A stretch of DNA of 64,000 bases from Candidatus Limnocylindrales bacterium (lineage in GTDB: Bacteria > Moduliflexota > Moduliflexia > Moduliflexales > JAUQPW01): positions 192,568 to 256,567 of the forward strand of contig DATMBG010000022.1 in the NCBI GenBank assembly GCA_035559535.1, read 5' to 3'. This document shows, in pieces, positions 36,954 through 47,509 of this stretch (the stretch's first letter is position 1; each line of letters starts with the position of its first letter). Made by a program: the position numbers and the translations under genes. The notes beneath the pieces were generated by a model that ran no database searches, was not told the DNA's origin, and saw only the letters and a list, made by a program, of their open reading frames with translations.

Positions 36954-38309
36954 CTATAGATCTTGCAAGGAGTTTTCCAGTCTTTGATTGAGCTGATTAC
37001 ACAACCCTTTCAACCGATTTACCTCTGCTTCGCCTAAAAAACGGCTGGAGAATACCGTCTTATTATGCCATAAAGGCTCATCCAGATCGACCCATGGACG
37101 GCACGACTCTCCATCTGGAGTCCCAGGAATCGGTGAAAATTCCGATAACATCAATCGAATCCCCAGGCTATGGGCAAAATACATGGAAGCCTCAACATGC
37201 TGTTGATCTGCTTGTGGGTGGGCAATGATAAGGTACGCGGTGATGTGGTTCAAGTCGGCTCCTGCCCAGGTCAGGTTATCTACGGCCCGAATCAGTTCTT
37301 CGGAATAAACCTTTCCTCCTGTTCGCCGTTGCCATTCGTAGGCGCTACTCTCAAATCCGAGATAAAATGTCTTAAAACCTGCCTGAATCATGAGCTTTGC
37401 CAGCTCTTTGGTAATAAACCGTGCATTGAGGGCATTGGGGGTATGGAAGTAAACTTCTCTCTCCTTCTTCAGAACCTGCTGCAAGAACGGAATCAATATT
37501 TTGTCGGACCGAAAAAGGAGGGCATCATCATAAAAGACCACATTCTGAACTTCACGTTGATGAAGGAAATCAAGTTCTGCCAGAGAATATTCCAGGGATC
37601 GACCTTGAAACTTAGGATAAACTTGCGGTACCGAACAGTACGTACAACGAAAAGGGCATCCATCGGCCAGTTTTAAAACCCCTACCTTTAAATTTTCGTA
37701 CCCTTCCCAAAACGGAAGTTCTTGCAGATCTGGAGCTATCTTTAAAAAGCGCCACAGCGGCTCCAGCTCCAACCCATCGATGACCAGGTCGGCTCCCAGA
37801 CCCTGGGCGTGTTGTGGACAGAGGGTTGCGTAAACTCCTCCCAGTACAATTTTGGTTTGGGGTGAGAAGGTTCGGATATCCTCAATGACCTCCCGGACTC
37901 CCAAATACCAGTAGGTCATTACGGTCTGAACCAGAGCGAAATCAAAAGGACCCTCTTGCATTAAAAAGGTTTGAAAGTATTTCCTTGGAAGTCCAAACCG
38001 ACGGTAATTCCTTGGAATTTGAGAAAACGGAGCGGGTCTTGGAATTATCTCTGAATAAAATTGCCCCCGTCCCCAGGGATCGGAGCGAAGTCTTTTAGAA
38101 TTCGGTACCTGGGGATGAAAGCGATCCAGGTAATCAAAGAGACGAAGCTCCCCTTTTCCACGGAGATAACCTGCCACCCGAAGGAGTCCATAGGGTTTCA
38201 GCCAGAAATCGTAAGCAGAGAAATCGTAAATAGGAGGATTTACAAGCAGGATCTTATACCCTTTCCCCATTAAAACATGACCCGGGCCGTCCCAGGGATG
38301 AAAATCCAT
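36954..38309 (-). CDS. B12-binding domain-containing radical SAM protein
   Basis: CPFRCTYC (CxxxCxxC) radical SAM cluster motif preceded by an N-terminal B12-binding-like domain (KILLVNPP...). 451 aa. Confidence 0.8.
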   Translation of the reverse strand: MDFHPWDGPGHVLMGKGYKILLVNPPIYDFSAYDFWLKPYGLLRVAGYLRGKGELRLFDYLDRFHPQVPNSKRLRSDPWGRGQFYSEIIPRPAPFSQIPRNYRRFGLPRKYFQTFLMQEGPFDFALVQTVMTYWYLGVREVIEDIRTFSPQTKIVLGGVYATLCPQHAQGLGADLVIDGLELEPLWRFLKIAPDLQELPFWEGYENLKVGVLKLADGCPFRCTYCSVPQVYPKFQGRSLEYSLAELDFLHQREVQNVVFYDDALLFRSDKILIPFLQQVLKKEREVYFHTPNALNARFITKELAKLMIQAGFKTFYLGFESSAYEWQRRTGGKVYSEELIRAVDNLTWAGADLNHITAYLIIAHPQADQQHVEASMYFAHSLGIRLMLSEFSPIPGTPDGESCRPWVDLDEPLWHNKTVFSSRFLGEAEVNRLKGLCNQLNQRLENSLQDL

Positions 38310-38329
38310 TTACCTGGAAGGAATGGGTA

Positions 38330-38704
38330 TTAGAGGCCATTCTTATCTGGAATTTCTTTTATTTCTGTCTTTACCGAAAAAGAAGTAAAGCCAGGTCTGG
38401 TATAAACCCAGATTGCTTCTTTCATCACCGTTTGGTAAAACCTTCTTCCTTCCTGACCGAGTTTTTTCCATTCCTCCCTGGTATAAACCAAAAGATCCAC
38501 CGGCACGGGAAGTTCCCCGGTATCCCATGTAAGCGTGCGTTTCTCAAAGGGTTGGTCTGAACTTTCCAGGATAACAATCAAATCAAGATCACTTCCTACC
38601 CCCCAATCCCCACGGGCATAGGAACCAAAATAACCTATCTGTAATATTTCTTTTCGACTTTGTACAATCTTTTCGGCCCAGGAACGTATGGCCCGGTCGA
38701 CCAT
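38330..38704 (-). CDS. nucleotidyltransferase (MNT-type, Pol-beta superfamily) antitoxin-like
   Basis: GSYARGDWGVGSDLDLIVIL motif. Start placed at ATG 38704 (MVDRAIRSW), which gives the typical ~124 aa and an 11-nt overlap with the HEPN stop. The longer ORF would overlap HEPN extensively. Confidence 0.7.
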   Translation of the reverse strand: MVDRAIRSWAEKIVQSRKEILQIGYFGSYARGDWGVGSDLDLIVILESSDQPFEKRTLTWDTGELPVPVDLLVYTREEWKKLGQEGRRFYQTVMKEAIWVYTRPGFTSFSVKTEIKEIPDKNGL

Positions 38705-38711
38705 TTCAGCG

Positions 38712-39125
38712 TCAGGCCATTTGAAAACGGACGAATTCAAGGATCTCACGGGCATATCGAATCGCCTCTTCGCTTTGTAGGGGACCATAATGTTCAAAGG
38801 GTGCTCCCTCGGGATGCCCATTGGGATAACGGGAAGGTATGTAAAAATTATCAAGAAAGCGCCCTTTCTCCACCAGCCCTTGGGGAACGGGCACAGTTGC
38901 CGGTAACTCTTGAAGGAGTCTGGCTATTGCGTGTCCCCAGGCTTCCTGTCCCAGGTAAAGGTGTAAAGCCTTCACAGCTTTTTCTGCAGATTGTTGAGCA
39001 GCAAAGCATGCCCACTCATGACGCTCCGCCCGGCGGGAATCTTCAGCCTGTTCTAAATCTCGCAACGCTTGATTCAACCAGTCTCGGCTACGATTAGGCA
39101 TGATCCCTCTCCTTCTGAAGGGCAT
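38712..39125 (-). CDS. HEPN domain protein (toxin-like partner of the MNT)
   Basis: YIPSRYPNGHP carries the R-x4-6-H HEPN motif. 137 aa. Confidence 0.8.
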   Translation of the reverse strand: MPFRRRGIMPNRSRDWLNQALRDLEQAEDSRRAERHEWACFAAQQSAEKAVKALHLYLGQEAWGHAIARLLQELPATVPVPQGLVEKGRFLDNFYIPSRYPNGHPEGAPFEHYGPLQSEEAIRYAREILEFVRFQMA

Positions 39126-39147
39126 AACCCATCCTATGCATACTTTC

Positions 39148-40047
39148 CTATGGTTTTGGAATCTCGATGGGCAGATCCAGCCGATCTCCCCACTCTTTCC
39201 ACGACCCTATGTAGTTGTGGAGCTTCGGATAACCGATGAGTCGCAAAGCTAAATAGGCGTGGGAAGAACGGTATCCACCCTGGCAATACGAGACGATATC
39301 TTTCTCCGGGGTCACACCGGCAGCTTCATACATGGCTTTTAATTCGTCGGCGGGTTTGAAGGCCCCTTTTTCATCCAGGTTATGGGTCCATTCCAGGTGG
39401 ACTGCCCCCGGAATAGCCCCTCCACGGGCAGCACGTACGTTACGAGCGTAATACTCCTCCTCACTCCTCGTATCCAGAATTACGGTATCAGGATCGTGGA
39501 GGTGTTTGAGAACTTCCTCGGCATTCCAGAAAAGCTCAGGTTTGGGTCTGGCCTGGAAATGAGACGCCTTAGGCTCTGTCACTTCTGTCGTTACAGGATA
39601 ACCGGCTGCAACCCAGGCGTTAAATCCGCCATCCAGGACATGCACATCTTCATGGCCGAAGTATTCCAGAAACCAAAACCCACGGGCAGCTTTCATACCG
39701 CTGATATTCTCATAAAAAACAACCGTTTTATCGAAATCGACCCCTCGATGTTGAAGGAGGTACTGATACATCCACATGAAGGCCCGAGAAGCCTCAGGGC
39801 CTGTATCGATAAGACTGATTCCGTAAAGATCAAAATGGATGGCTCCCGGGATATGTCCCCGGGCGAACTCGTGGGACAATCGAACATCGATCAGGCACAA
39901 TCTGGGATCCTTCAACCGTGTAAAGAGTTGGGTTGGGGTAAAGAGCAACTGAGGATGGGTATAGCCTTTGCTGTTCAAAAGTTCATCTATACGATCTGGC
40001 CATCGTGAATAGATCGATGAGGAATTTAGATTGGTTTCATCACCCAT
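39148..40047 (-). CDS. rhodanese-domain sulfurtransferase (tandem rhodanese domains)
   Basis: Active-site loop YCQGGYRSS in the C-terminal domain. 299 aa. Confidence 0.85.
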   Translation of the reverse strand: MGDETNLNSSSIYSRWPDRIDELLNSKGYTHPQLLFTPTQLFTRLKDPRLCLIDVRLSHEFARGHIPGAIHFDLYGISLIDTGPEASRAFMWMYQYLLQHRGVDFDKTVVFYENISGMKAARGFWFLEYFGHEDVHVLDGGFNAWVAAGYPVTTEVTEPKASHFQARPKPELFWNAEEVLKHLHDPDTVILDTRSEEEYYARNVRAARGGAIPGAVHLEWTHNLDEKGAFKPADELKAMYEAAGVTPEKDIVSYCQGGYRSSHAYLALRLIGYPKLHNYIGSWKEWGDRLDLPIEIPKP

Positions 40048-40124
40048 AAATCTTTCCTTTCTCAGAATCTGATAGGGGGAGCCGGTTATAGAAATAAGGC
40101 CCGATAATTCCCCTTCTCATCTCT

Positions 40125-40250
40125 TGGCCCTCACCCCCAGCTCCCTCCCTCTCCTCCCTCCCCGTCCACGGGGAGGGAGGGGGTGGGAGTGGAGAGGGGA
40201 GTTGGGGAGTGAAAGCAGCCCTATGAGCCAAAATTAGGTAAACAGTTTAC
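40125..40250. repeat. GC-rich palindromic repeat element, family B copy 2 (hairpin plus conserved ggggagtgaaagcaRccctatgagNcaaaattaRgtaaacagt module)
   Basis: ctccctccccgtccacggggagggag hairpin. The 3' module is near-identical to the one at 53100-53150. Confidence 0.65.
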
Positions 40251-40257
40251 TACCTGC

Positions 40258-41166
40258 TTACAACTGGTTATTTTGATGACCACCTACTCGAATTCCGGCC
40301 AGAGCCTCGATGGCATGAATAACCGAGGATACATCTTCTTCCCCGTGACCGAGGGCACGGGCTGCTTTGAACATTTCAAGGGCTGTTGCAGCCAGGGGAA
40401 GGGGGACTCCGAGTTCATCTCCCGTTGCTAAAACCAGCTTCAGATCCTTGCACATATGTTTGAGGGCAAAGTGGGTTTCAAAGTCCCGGTTGATAATTTT
40501 AGGGCCTCGCATCTCCATATTACCCGTTTTAGCACCTCCGGCCAGGGTACACTCCTTAAGATCGTTCAGGTTAAGTCCCGCTTTGGCACCCAGGGCTAAG
40601 CATTCGGCAACGGCTTCCATGGTTGCCCCCACCATCAACTGGATACACATTTTCGTGTAAGCGCCCATACCCTGGCCTCCCATGTAAGTTATCTTTTTCC
40701 CCATAGCCTGGAAAATTTCCAGACAGTCTTCAAAGATCTTTCGATCCCCACCGACCATAATCCCTAGACTGGCTTCCTCGGCTGCCTTTTTACTTCCTAC
40801 CACCGGAGCATCCAACAGGTAACAACCTCTGGCTTTGACCTGTTCTGCAATCTCCTTGCTGACCATAGGGGAAATGGTACTCATATCAATAATAATAGTC
40901 CCTTTCTTGGCCCCCTGGAGCACGCCCTGATCCCCTAAAATAACCTCCTTCACGTCGGGGGAATCGGAAACCATGGTAATGACAACGTCTGCGTTCTCTC
41001 CAACAGCCCTGGGAGAATTCACAGCTATTGCACCTGAGGACACCAGTTCTCGGGTTTTTTCTTGGGTTCGATTATAAACCGTCAGAGGGAAACCCGCCTT
41101 TAAAATATTTCTGGCCATGGGCCTTCCCATAACTCCCAGTCCGATGAATCCGACTCTTTTCTTCAT
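40258..41166 (-). CDS. NAD(P)-dependent beta-hydroxyacid dehydrogenase (3-hydroxyisobutyrate dehydrogenase / tartronate semialdehyde reductase family)
   Basis: VGFIGLGVMGRPMARN Rossmann motif. Start trimmed to ATG 41166 (MKKRVGFIGLG). Confidence 0.85.
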   Translation of the reverse strand: MKKRVGFIGLGVMGRPMARNILKAGFPLTVYNRTQEKTRELVSSGAIAVNSPRAVGENADVVITMVSDSPDVKEVILGDQGVLQGAKKGTIIIDMSTISPMVSKEIAEQVKARGCYLLDAPVVGSKKAAEEASLGIMVGGDRKIFEDCLEIFQAMGKKITYMGGQGMGAYTKMCIQLMVGATMEAVAECLALGAKAGLNLNDLKECTLAGGAKTGNMEMRGPKIINRDFETHFALKHMCKDLKLVLATGDELGVPLPLAATALEMFKAARALGHGEEDVSSVIHAIEALAGIRVGGHQNNQL

Positions 41167-41281
41167 ATCTCTCTGTTCCGGAAGCAATGGGGATAGGTAG
41201 CGGATCATAAACAACGGACCACAAACACTTCTTATCGGCCTCCCTTTACTGCCTGCTGCCTATCGCCCACCACCCGCTTTT

Positions 41282-42574
41282 TTAAGACCGCGCCTCTATA
41301 GGTACATAATCACGTTTTTGTGGACCTATGTAAATCTGTCGAGGACGGCTGATCTTCTGTTCCTTATCCAGAAGCATCTCTTCCCACTGGGCAAGCCACC
41401 CCACCGTCCGCGCAATGGCAAAGAGCACCGGAAACATATCTACAGGAAATCCCATGGCCTGATAAATGATCCCCGAGTAAAAATCGACGTTAGGATATAA
41501 TTTTCTGGTTACAAAATAATCATCTTCCAGAGCGATCCGCTCCAACTCCAGGGCAATATCCAACAGTGGGTTCCTTCCGGTTACCTCAAAGACCTCATCT
41601 GCAATCTTTTTGATAATTTTAGCTCTGGGATCATAGGATTTGTAAACCCGATGTCCGAATCCCATCAGACGGCCTTCTCCGGCTTTAACGTGCTTAATAA
41701 ATTCAGGAACCCGACTTTTGGAGCCAATCTGGTTTAGCATTTTTAATACTTCTTCATTGGCTCCACCATGTAAAGGGCCATACAAAGCAGCAATGGCTGC
41801 AGCAACGGCTGAATAAGGATCTACATGGGAGCTGCCTACTGTTCGCATGGCATTGGTACTACAGTTCTGTTCATGGTCTGCATGAAGGATAAACAGAACA
41901 TCCAAAGCCCTTTCGAGAACCGGATGAGGTTGGTACTTAAGTTCGGTCATCTTAAACATCATGTTCAAAAAGTTACCGGTATAGGAGAGATCGTTATCCG
42001 GATAAGAGTAGGGCATTCCAATTCCATGGCGATAGGCAAAGGCGGCAATGGTGGGTATCTTTGCAATGAGGCGATGAATTTGAATCTCTCTAATCTTGGG
42101 ATCGAAAATATTTTTAGCCTCCGGATAAAACGTAGAGAGGGCTCCTACTGTACTCAACAACATTCCCATGGGGTGGGCATCATAACGAAATCCATCCATG
42201 AACTTACGGATATTTTCGTGAACCATGGTATGATGGGTAATAATGTAGACAAATTCTTCATATTGAGATCGGGTTGGTAGCTCTCCATAGAGGAGTAAAT
42301 AAGCAGTCTCCAAATAAGTACTCTTCTCGGCCAGTTGTTCAATGGGATAACCCCGGTACCATAAAATTCCCTTTTCCCCATCAATGAAGGTGATTCGGCT
42401 TTGACAGTAAGCAGTATTCATAAAGGCCGGATCGTACGTCATCAACCCAAAATCATCCTCCGATACCTTAATCTGCCTTAAATCAAGAGCACGAATAGCT
42501 CCATGGGTAATCGGGATCTCATATGTTTTCCCCGTACGATTATCCGTGATGGTTAGCGTTTCTTTCGGTGCCAT
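41282..42574 (-). CDS. gltA: citrate synthase
   Basis: GFGHRVYKSYDPRA with the catalytic His and Asp. 430 aa. Confidence 0.95.
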   Translation of the reverse strand: MAPKETLTITDNRTGKTYEIPITHGAIRALDLRQIKVSEDDFGLMTYDPAFMNTAYCQSRITFIDGEKGILWYRGYPIEQLAEKSTYLETAYLLLYGELPTRSQYEEFVYIITHHTMVHENIRKFMDGFRYDAHPMGMLLSTVGALSTFYPEAKNIFDPKIREIQIHRLIAKIPTIAAFAYRHGIGMPYSYPDNDLSYTGNFLNMMFKMTELKYQPHPVLERALDVLFILHADHEQNCSTNAMRTVGSSHVDPYSAVAAAIAALYGPLHGGANEEVLKMLNQIGSKSRVPEFIKHVKAGEGRLMGFGHRVYKSYDPRAKIIKKIADEVFEVTGRNPLLDIALELERIALEDDYFVTRKLYPNVDFYSGIIYQAMGFPVDMFPVLFAIARTVGWLAQWEEMLLDKEQKISRPRQIYIGPQKRDYVPIEARS

Positions 42575-42688
42575 ACACCCTCCTTATAGTTGCAAAAACA
42601 CCCCTTCAACCCTTTAAGTAAATTTCTAGTCGATATTTATAGTATACCTCTATTTAGACAAAATCCATAGAACTATTTTATTTAAAAG

Positions 42689-42818
42689 TATGGGAGTGTG
42701 GGAGTATGGGGGTAGGGAAGTGGGGAAGTATGGGGGTAGGGAAGTGGGAAAGATAGAACTCCCATACTCCTACACTCCCACACTCCCATACTCCCATACT
42801 CCCACACTTCCACACTCT
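42689..42818. repeat. heptamer-repeat palindromic element, copy A3
   Basis: tatgggagtgtgggagtatgggggtagggaag... / center agatagaa / ctcccatactcctacactcccacactcccatactcccatactcccac. In the divergent promoter region between gltA and the lipoprotein gene. Confidence 0.75.
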
Positions 42819-42841
42819 TACTTAGATTCTATTCGAAGGAC

Positions 42842-44251
42842 ATGAAACCCTGGGTCACTTTTTTGCTAGAACTGCTTGCCCTGGCGGGAATGTTGAGCTG
42901 TAGTACGTCTGAAAAACAAAGTTATGTGGCGCCAAAGGAAACTCCAACAACCCCTACGGAAAGGGATATATTACCCAAAAGTAGCGTGAATTGGATTGGA
43001 CATTGGTTGGGTCAGGATAAACGTGAAACCCTTGTAAGGGAAGTAGCTCGGGAATTCGAGTTTTTGAATCCGGAGATAGAGGTTAATCTCAAATTCCCTC
43101 AAGAGATATTCGGAAATCGTAGCAAGGCTTTAATCGCCAAACAGTATGCCGACAGGATTCGTAAAGGTAACCTGGATTGGGATGTTATCTGGATGGATCC
43201 CGGAATTTATCAATTGGTGGCCCAGGATCTGGGGGATGCCGAGTGGGGAAAAAAGTATCTGGTTAACTTTGAGGAGGTGGATGGCTTTAAGGAAACGCAG
43301 AAGCCTTTTATTCTGGAAGACCCTATCTATAAGAATCAAACCGGTGGTATACTCATCGGACCTTTTATAGAAGGATTCTATTGGGCCCTTTTTTATAATA
43401 CGGAAGTTGCCAAAAGAATAGGAATAGAAATTAAGCAAGAAGATATGACTTTCGACGATCTGTTAGGATATGTTAAAAAGGTTTACGAATACAGGCAGAA
43501 GAACCACGTGGATATCGCGGCATTTTATGAGGCCAGGGATGCATTTTCCTTGGGGGTTCTGTTTCAAAGCCTGGTCACCTCAGAGCTTAGGGATTTTCGT
43601 AAAGTAAAAGAAGAGGTAACCTCGGAAGAAAAATGTGCAGCGTTACTGAAGACTTTTCGAGCCTTTGAAGAGTTAGGGAAATATGATCCCTTAATCCCTT
43701 CCCATGCCAGTAATCTCTGGTTTGAAACGAAGCATCTTGCCTTAGAGGATAAGGTACTTTTCCAGATCGGGGGAACCTGGATGTACAATACCTGGCGTCA
43801 GATATCCGAAGACAAAATGAAGAAGATGATTCCTGCTGAGTTACCCGTTTTTCAGGAAGTGAATTATTATCCCGGTGGCTATATCCCAACCTGGGCGGTG
43901 TTTAAAGATGCACCCCATCGGGATAACGGCATTAAGTTACTGTTATTCTGGAGTACACCCAAGGTAGCCGAAAAGTGGGTACGGTATACGAAAAGTCCAA
44001 CGGGTTTACGAGGTCATTTCTCCACTCCGGAAATTGGAGCCGATGTGTTTGAAAAATTTCAACATAGAATCACAACCAAATACGGTAAAAATGTTTTGGC
44101 AGTTTCCAATGCCGGGTATTTATTAGGAAAGGAAAACAGGCTCCTTTTGAAGGACATATCCGAAAAAATTATAGAACTCCTGGAAGGCCGAACAACGGCA
44201 GAGACGGCATATCACGAAGTCATCGTAAAAGCCGGATTGGAGAAAAATTAG
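42842..44251 (+). CDS. extracellular solute-binding-like lipoprotein (lipobox LSC), likely sensory partner of the downstream two-component system
   Basis: Signal peptide with LAGMLSCS lipobox. SBP family 1-like composition. Immediately upstream of the kinase. Confidence 0.65.
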   Translation: MKPWVTFLLELLALAGMLSCSTSEKQSYVAPKETPTTPTERDILPKSSVNWIGHWLGQDKRETLVREVAREFEFLNPEIEVNLKFPQEIFGNRSKALIAKQYADRIRKGNLDWDVIWMDPGIYQLVAQDLGDAEWGKKYLVNFEEVDGFKETQKPFILEDPIYKNQTGGILIGPFIEGFYWALFYNTEVAKRIGIEIKQEDMTFDDLLGYVKKVYEYRQKNHVDIAAFYEARDAFSLGVLFQSLVTSELRDFRKVKEEVTSEEKCAALLKTFRAFEELGKYDPLIPSHASNLWFETKHLALEDKVLFQIGGTWMYNTWRQISEDKMKKMIPAELPVFQEVNYYPGGYIPTWAVFKDAPHRDNGIKLLLFWSTPKVAEKWVRYTKSPTGLRGHFSTPEIGADVFEKFQHRITTKYGKNVLAVSNAGYLLGKENRLLLKDISEKIIELLEGRTTAETAYHEVIVKAGLEKN

Positions 44252-44268
44252 ACGCTGAATTAAAGGAC

Positions 44269-46155
44269 ATGCCAAAGACAAAGAGGTTTCAGGATAGTTT
44301 AATCTTTAAAATAGGAGTCGTTATTGTTGCGGTAGAATCTATCATCCTTTTTGCCCTGGGTTTTTATTATATTAATCGATTTTCCAACGAGATTGATGAA
44401 AGGATTCACCGACAACTCCAAATTCCGGGGATTCTCATGGGCAAAGGTTTATTAAATTATGAATCGGTAGAGGATAAAAAAACCATGGAACAATTGGTTG
44501 GGGAAACATTGATAGATGCCCTGTTGATCGGTATTAACCACAAAGTATTTTACTCCCTCAATGGGGATTATGTGGGACGAAAAATTACGGAAATACCCGA
44601 CATAAAGTTCATGGACAGACTGGATGAAACCCTGACAGAGATTGAAGAAATGAAGATATCGGAAGGTCAGAAGAACTATCGAATCAGTATAGCCCCTATT
44701 CGCCTGGAAGATGGGAAAATGGTTGGCTTTTTGTATATTAAGGCCGGAACCGATCAACTGGAACATAAAAAAAAGATCCTTACAATGGTTTTTGTAGCTG
44801 GCTCTCTTTTTTGTATTCTACTTACAACCTGTGCTACCGTTTGGTTACTCCATTGGATTATCTCTAAAAGGATTCAAAATACCCTGGCCTATTTAAAGAG
44901 GGTGGAGGCGGGCCATCTGGAAACAAGAATAGATCCTATCTTATCTCAAGATGAAATAGGCCTTCTCCAAAAAGGCATTAATTCCATGGTATCGGAAATA
45001 GAAGAACAGACCAGAGCACTTCAGGAAAGCGAAGATCGGTATAAAGGCCTGGTGGAGTCCTGCCCGGATGCTATTTTTGTCGAACAGGAGGGAAAAATAG
45101 TTTATGTAAATCCGGCGGGTTTGGATCTTTTCGGTTATAAAGCCATATTTGAGTTAAAGGGATATGGCCTTCAGGATTTATTCATTCGGCAAGATGATAA
45201 TCCCATCGAAAAATGGATAAGCTCCACCTCTGAGACCCGATCTTCTTTTATGGAGGGGAAACTGACTCGAAAGGATGGAGAACTCATCGATGTGGAAGTA
45301 ATACTTACCCTTACCCGGTATCAGGGTAAACCGGCCGTACAAATAATGGTTCGAGATGTCACCGAGATAAAGAATCTCAGACAAAAGACCCAGAGAATGA
45401 AACAACTTGCGGATTTGGGACAGCTTTCCGCAACCATCGCCCATGAAATTCGTAATCCCCTGGCGTCTATCCGTTTAGGTCTTGAGAGGCTTTCCGACCG
45501 GCTGGCGATTCCTGAAGCTTATAAAACTATTTTTAGCAATATTGAGCAAGGTATCTCACGAATCCAGGCCATCATCGATGGAATTTTAGACTTTACCCGC
45601 CCGGTAATACCCGATTTAAAGAAAGTAAACCTTCATGATCTATTAGATAGCAGTCTTTCTTCGGTACAGAACGAGTTGGAACAGGCCAGGATAATTATTA
45701 TAAAAATTTACATGCCGATTCAACCCTACGTTCTTGTAGATCCTTATCAAATGATCCAGGTCTTTATTAATCTCTTTCTGAACGCAAAACAGGCCATGCC
45801 ATCCGGTGGAAAGCTTACAATCCGTACGATTCTTCGAATTCCTCCGGCCAATCGCAGGGCAAGCTTCGGCTCAACCCAGGACAAACTCCCTCAAGATATC
45901 ACCGACCGGGTCCCTCTTATAGAAGTTCAAATTGAGGATACGGGAAAAGGAATCCCTCCGGAGAATCTGGATAAGATTTTTACTCCCTTCTTTACTACAC
46001 GGGCCAATGGAATCGGTTTAGGACTGGCCGTAGTTTCTCGAATTCTTGAACAACATCAAGCTCAAATATGTGTTGAAAGTCAGGTTGGAGTTGGCACAAA
46101 ATTTATCATAAAACTTCCTTTCCCAGGAGACGACTATGAAAAAAGCTACTCGTAA
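44269..46155 (+). CDS. sensor histidine kinase (two TM, HAMP, PAS, HisKA, HATPase_c)
   Basis: H-box ATIAHEIRNPLASI. N/G1/G2 boxes (DTGKGIPPEN, GIGLGLAV). Confidence 0.85.
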   Translation: MPKTKRFQDSLIFKIGVVIVAVESIILFALGFYYINRFSNEIDERIHRQLQIPGILMGKGLLNYESVEDKKTMEQLVGETLIDALLIGINHKVFYSLNGDYVGRKITEIPDIKFMDRLDETLTEIEEMKISEGQKNYRISIAPIRLEDGKMVGFLYIKAGTDQLEHKKKILTMVFVAGSLFCILLTTCATVWLLHWIISKRIQNTLAYLKRVEAGHLETRIDPILSQDEIGLLQKGINSMVSEIEEQTRALQESEDRYKGLVESCPDAIFVEQEGKIVYVNPAGLDLFGYKAIFELKGYGLQDLFIRQDDNPIEKWISSTSETRSSFMEGKLTRKDGELIDVEVILTLTRYQGKPAVQIMVRDVTEIKNLRQKTQRMKQLADLGQLSATIAHEIRNPLASIRLGLERLSDRLAIPEAYKTIFSNIEQGISRIQAIIDGILDFTRPVIPDLKKVNLHDLLDSSLSSVQNELEQARIIIIKIYMPIQPYVLVDPYQMIQVFINLFLNAKQAMPSGGKLTIRTILRIPPANRRASFGSTQDKLPQDITDRVPLIEVQIEDTGKGIPPENLDKIFTPFFTTRANGIGLGLAVVSRILEQHQAQICVESQVGVGTKFIIKLPFPGDDYEKSYS

Positions 46156-47509
46156 AAAGATCTTACTTGTAGAAGATGACAGATTATTCCAACAGATGGT
46201 GAAGGATTTCCTTGTAGATTTCTACGAAGTGATACCTTCTGAGTCCGCCGAGAGTGCGTTGAATATTTTAAGGAAAACCGTTCCAGATTTGATTTTGCTG
46301 GATATTCGATTACCTGAAATGGACGGTATAGAAGCTTTAAAAAGAATCAAAACTCTTTGGCCCGATATACCCATTTTAATGTTAACGGCAGTAGATCGAG
46401 TAGCAACGGTGGTCGAGGCTATGAAATTAGGTGCCTATGATTATCTGACCAAACCCCTGGTCGGCAAAGAACTCTTGATAAAGATCGACCGGGCTTTGGA
46501 ATCCCTGGAGATTAAGCGAGAACTCGAACGGCGTCGGAAGTTGCAACTGGCTACAAATAGAGAGTATCGGCTTATAGGAGTTAGTGCAGCTTTAGAAAAG
46601 GTAAGGGAACAAATACAAATTGCAGCGGTTTCCGATATCACTGTTTTAATCCAGGGCGAAACGGGAACCGGTAAGGAACTGGTTGCTCGAGAGATTCATG
46701 CTCGTAGTTCCCGTGCCGATGAGCCTTTTGTGGCTGTGAATTGTGGAGCTATTCCTAAAGATTTGATAGAATCAGAATTCTTTGGTTATAAAAAAGGAGC
46801 TTTTACGGGAGCTCAGAGAAATGAAGTGGGAAAATTTCAGTTGGCGGACCGTGGAACGCTACTGCTGGATGAAATTAGCGAGTTACCCCTCGATGCGCAA
46901 ACCAGGCTTTTACGGGTTTTGGAAGAGGAAGAATTTTACCCGGTCGGCAGTACCGAGCTTGTGAGAGTGGATGTTCGAATCATAGCCTCAACCAACAAAA
47001 ATTTGAAACACCTGATGGAACAGAGAGCTTTTAGAGAAGACCTGTTTTTCCGCTTGAACGTGTATCCCATTTTCCTTCTACCCCTTCGGGAACGTCCGGA
47101 GGATATTATTCCTCTGGCCGAATATTTTATGGAACGTTTTAGTACCAAATTTGGTAAGAATTTCACGGCGATTAGTCCAGAAGCCAAAGAGATCCTGCTA
47201 AAATATCCCTGGAGGGGAAATGTTCGAGAACTTCGCAACGTCATCGAACGGGTGGTCATCTCCGAGAAAGGAACCCTCATTGAAAAAGAACATCTCTCCT
47301 TCATCGAGACCCTTTCTCCCATCGAGCTCTCCAAAGACTCTCTTAAACTTCCCGAGATCGGTTTAGATAGGATGTTAGAAGAAACAGAAAAAAGGTTACT
47401 ACTCGAAGCCCTGGAACTTGCCAGGGGAAGCAAACCCAAAGCCGCCGAATTGTTAAAGATCTCTCCCCCCTCCTTTTATTACCGTTTAGAGAAATATGGA
47501 CTACACTAG
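46136..47509 (+). CDS. sigma-54-dependent response regulator (NtrC family: REC + AAA+ + Fis-type HTH)
   Basis: Receiver domain with the phospho-acceptor Asp. GETGTGKELVAREIH Walker A. GAFTGA sigma-54 contact motif. C-terminal HTH. Confidence 0.9.
   Translation: MKKATRKKILLVEDDRLFQQMVKDFLVDFYEVIPSESAESALNILRKTVPDLILLDIRLPEMDGIEALKRIKTLWPDIPILMLTAVDRVATVVEAMKLGAYDYLTKPLVGKELLIKIDRALESLEIKRELERRRKLQLATNREYRLIGVSAALEKVREQIQIAAVSDITVLIQGETGTGKELVAREIHARSSRADEPFVAVNCGAIPKDLIESEFFGYKKGAFTGAQRNEVGKFQLADRGTLLLDEISELPLDAQTRLLRVLEEEEFYPVGSTELVRVDVRIIASTNKNLKHLMEQRAFREDLFFRLNVYPIFLLPLRERPEDIIPLAEYFMERFSTKFGKNFTAISPEAKEILLKYPWRGNVRELRNVIERVVISEKGTLIEKEHLSFIETLSPIELSKDSLKLPEIGLDRMLEETEKRLLLEALELARGSKPKAAELLKISPPSFYYRLEKYGLH

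Noticed and set aside
40040-40231. ORF 40040..40231 (-) 63 aa (PSPLPPPPSPWTGREE...)
   Set aside because: Lies entirely inside repeat family B copy 2. Low-complexity proline/glycine translation of the GC-rich hairpin.
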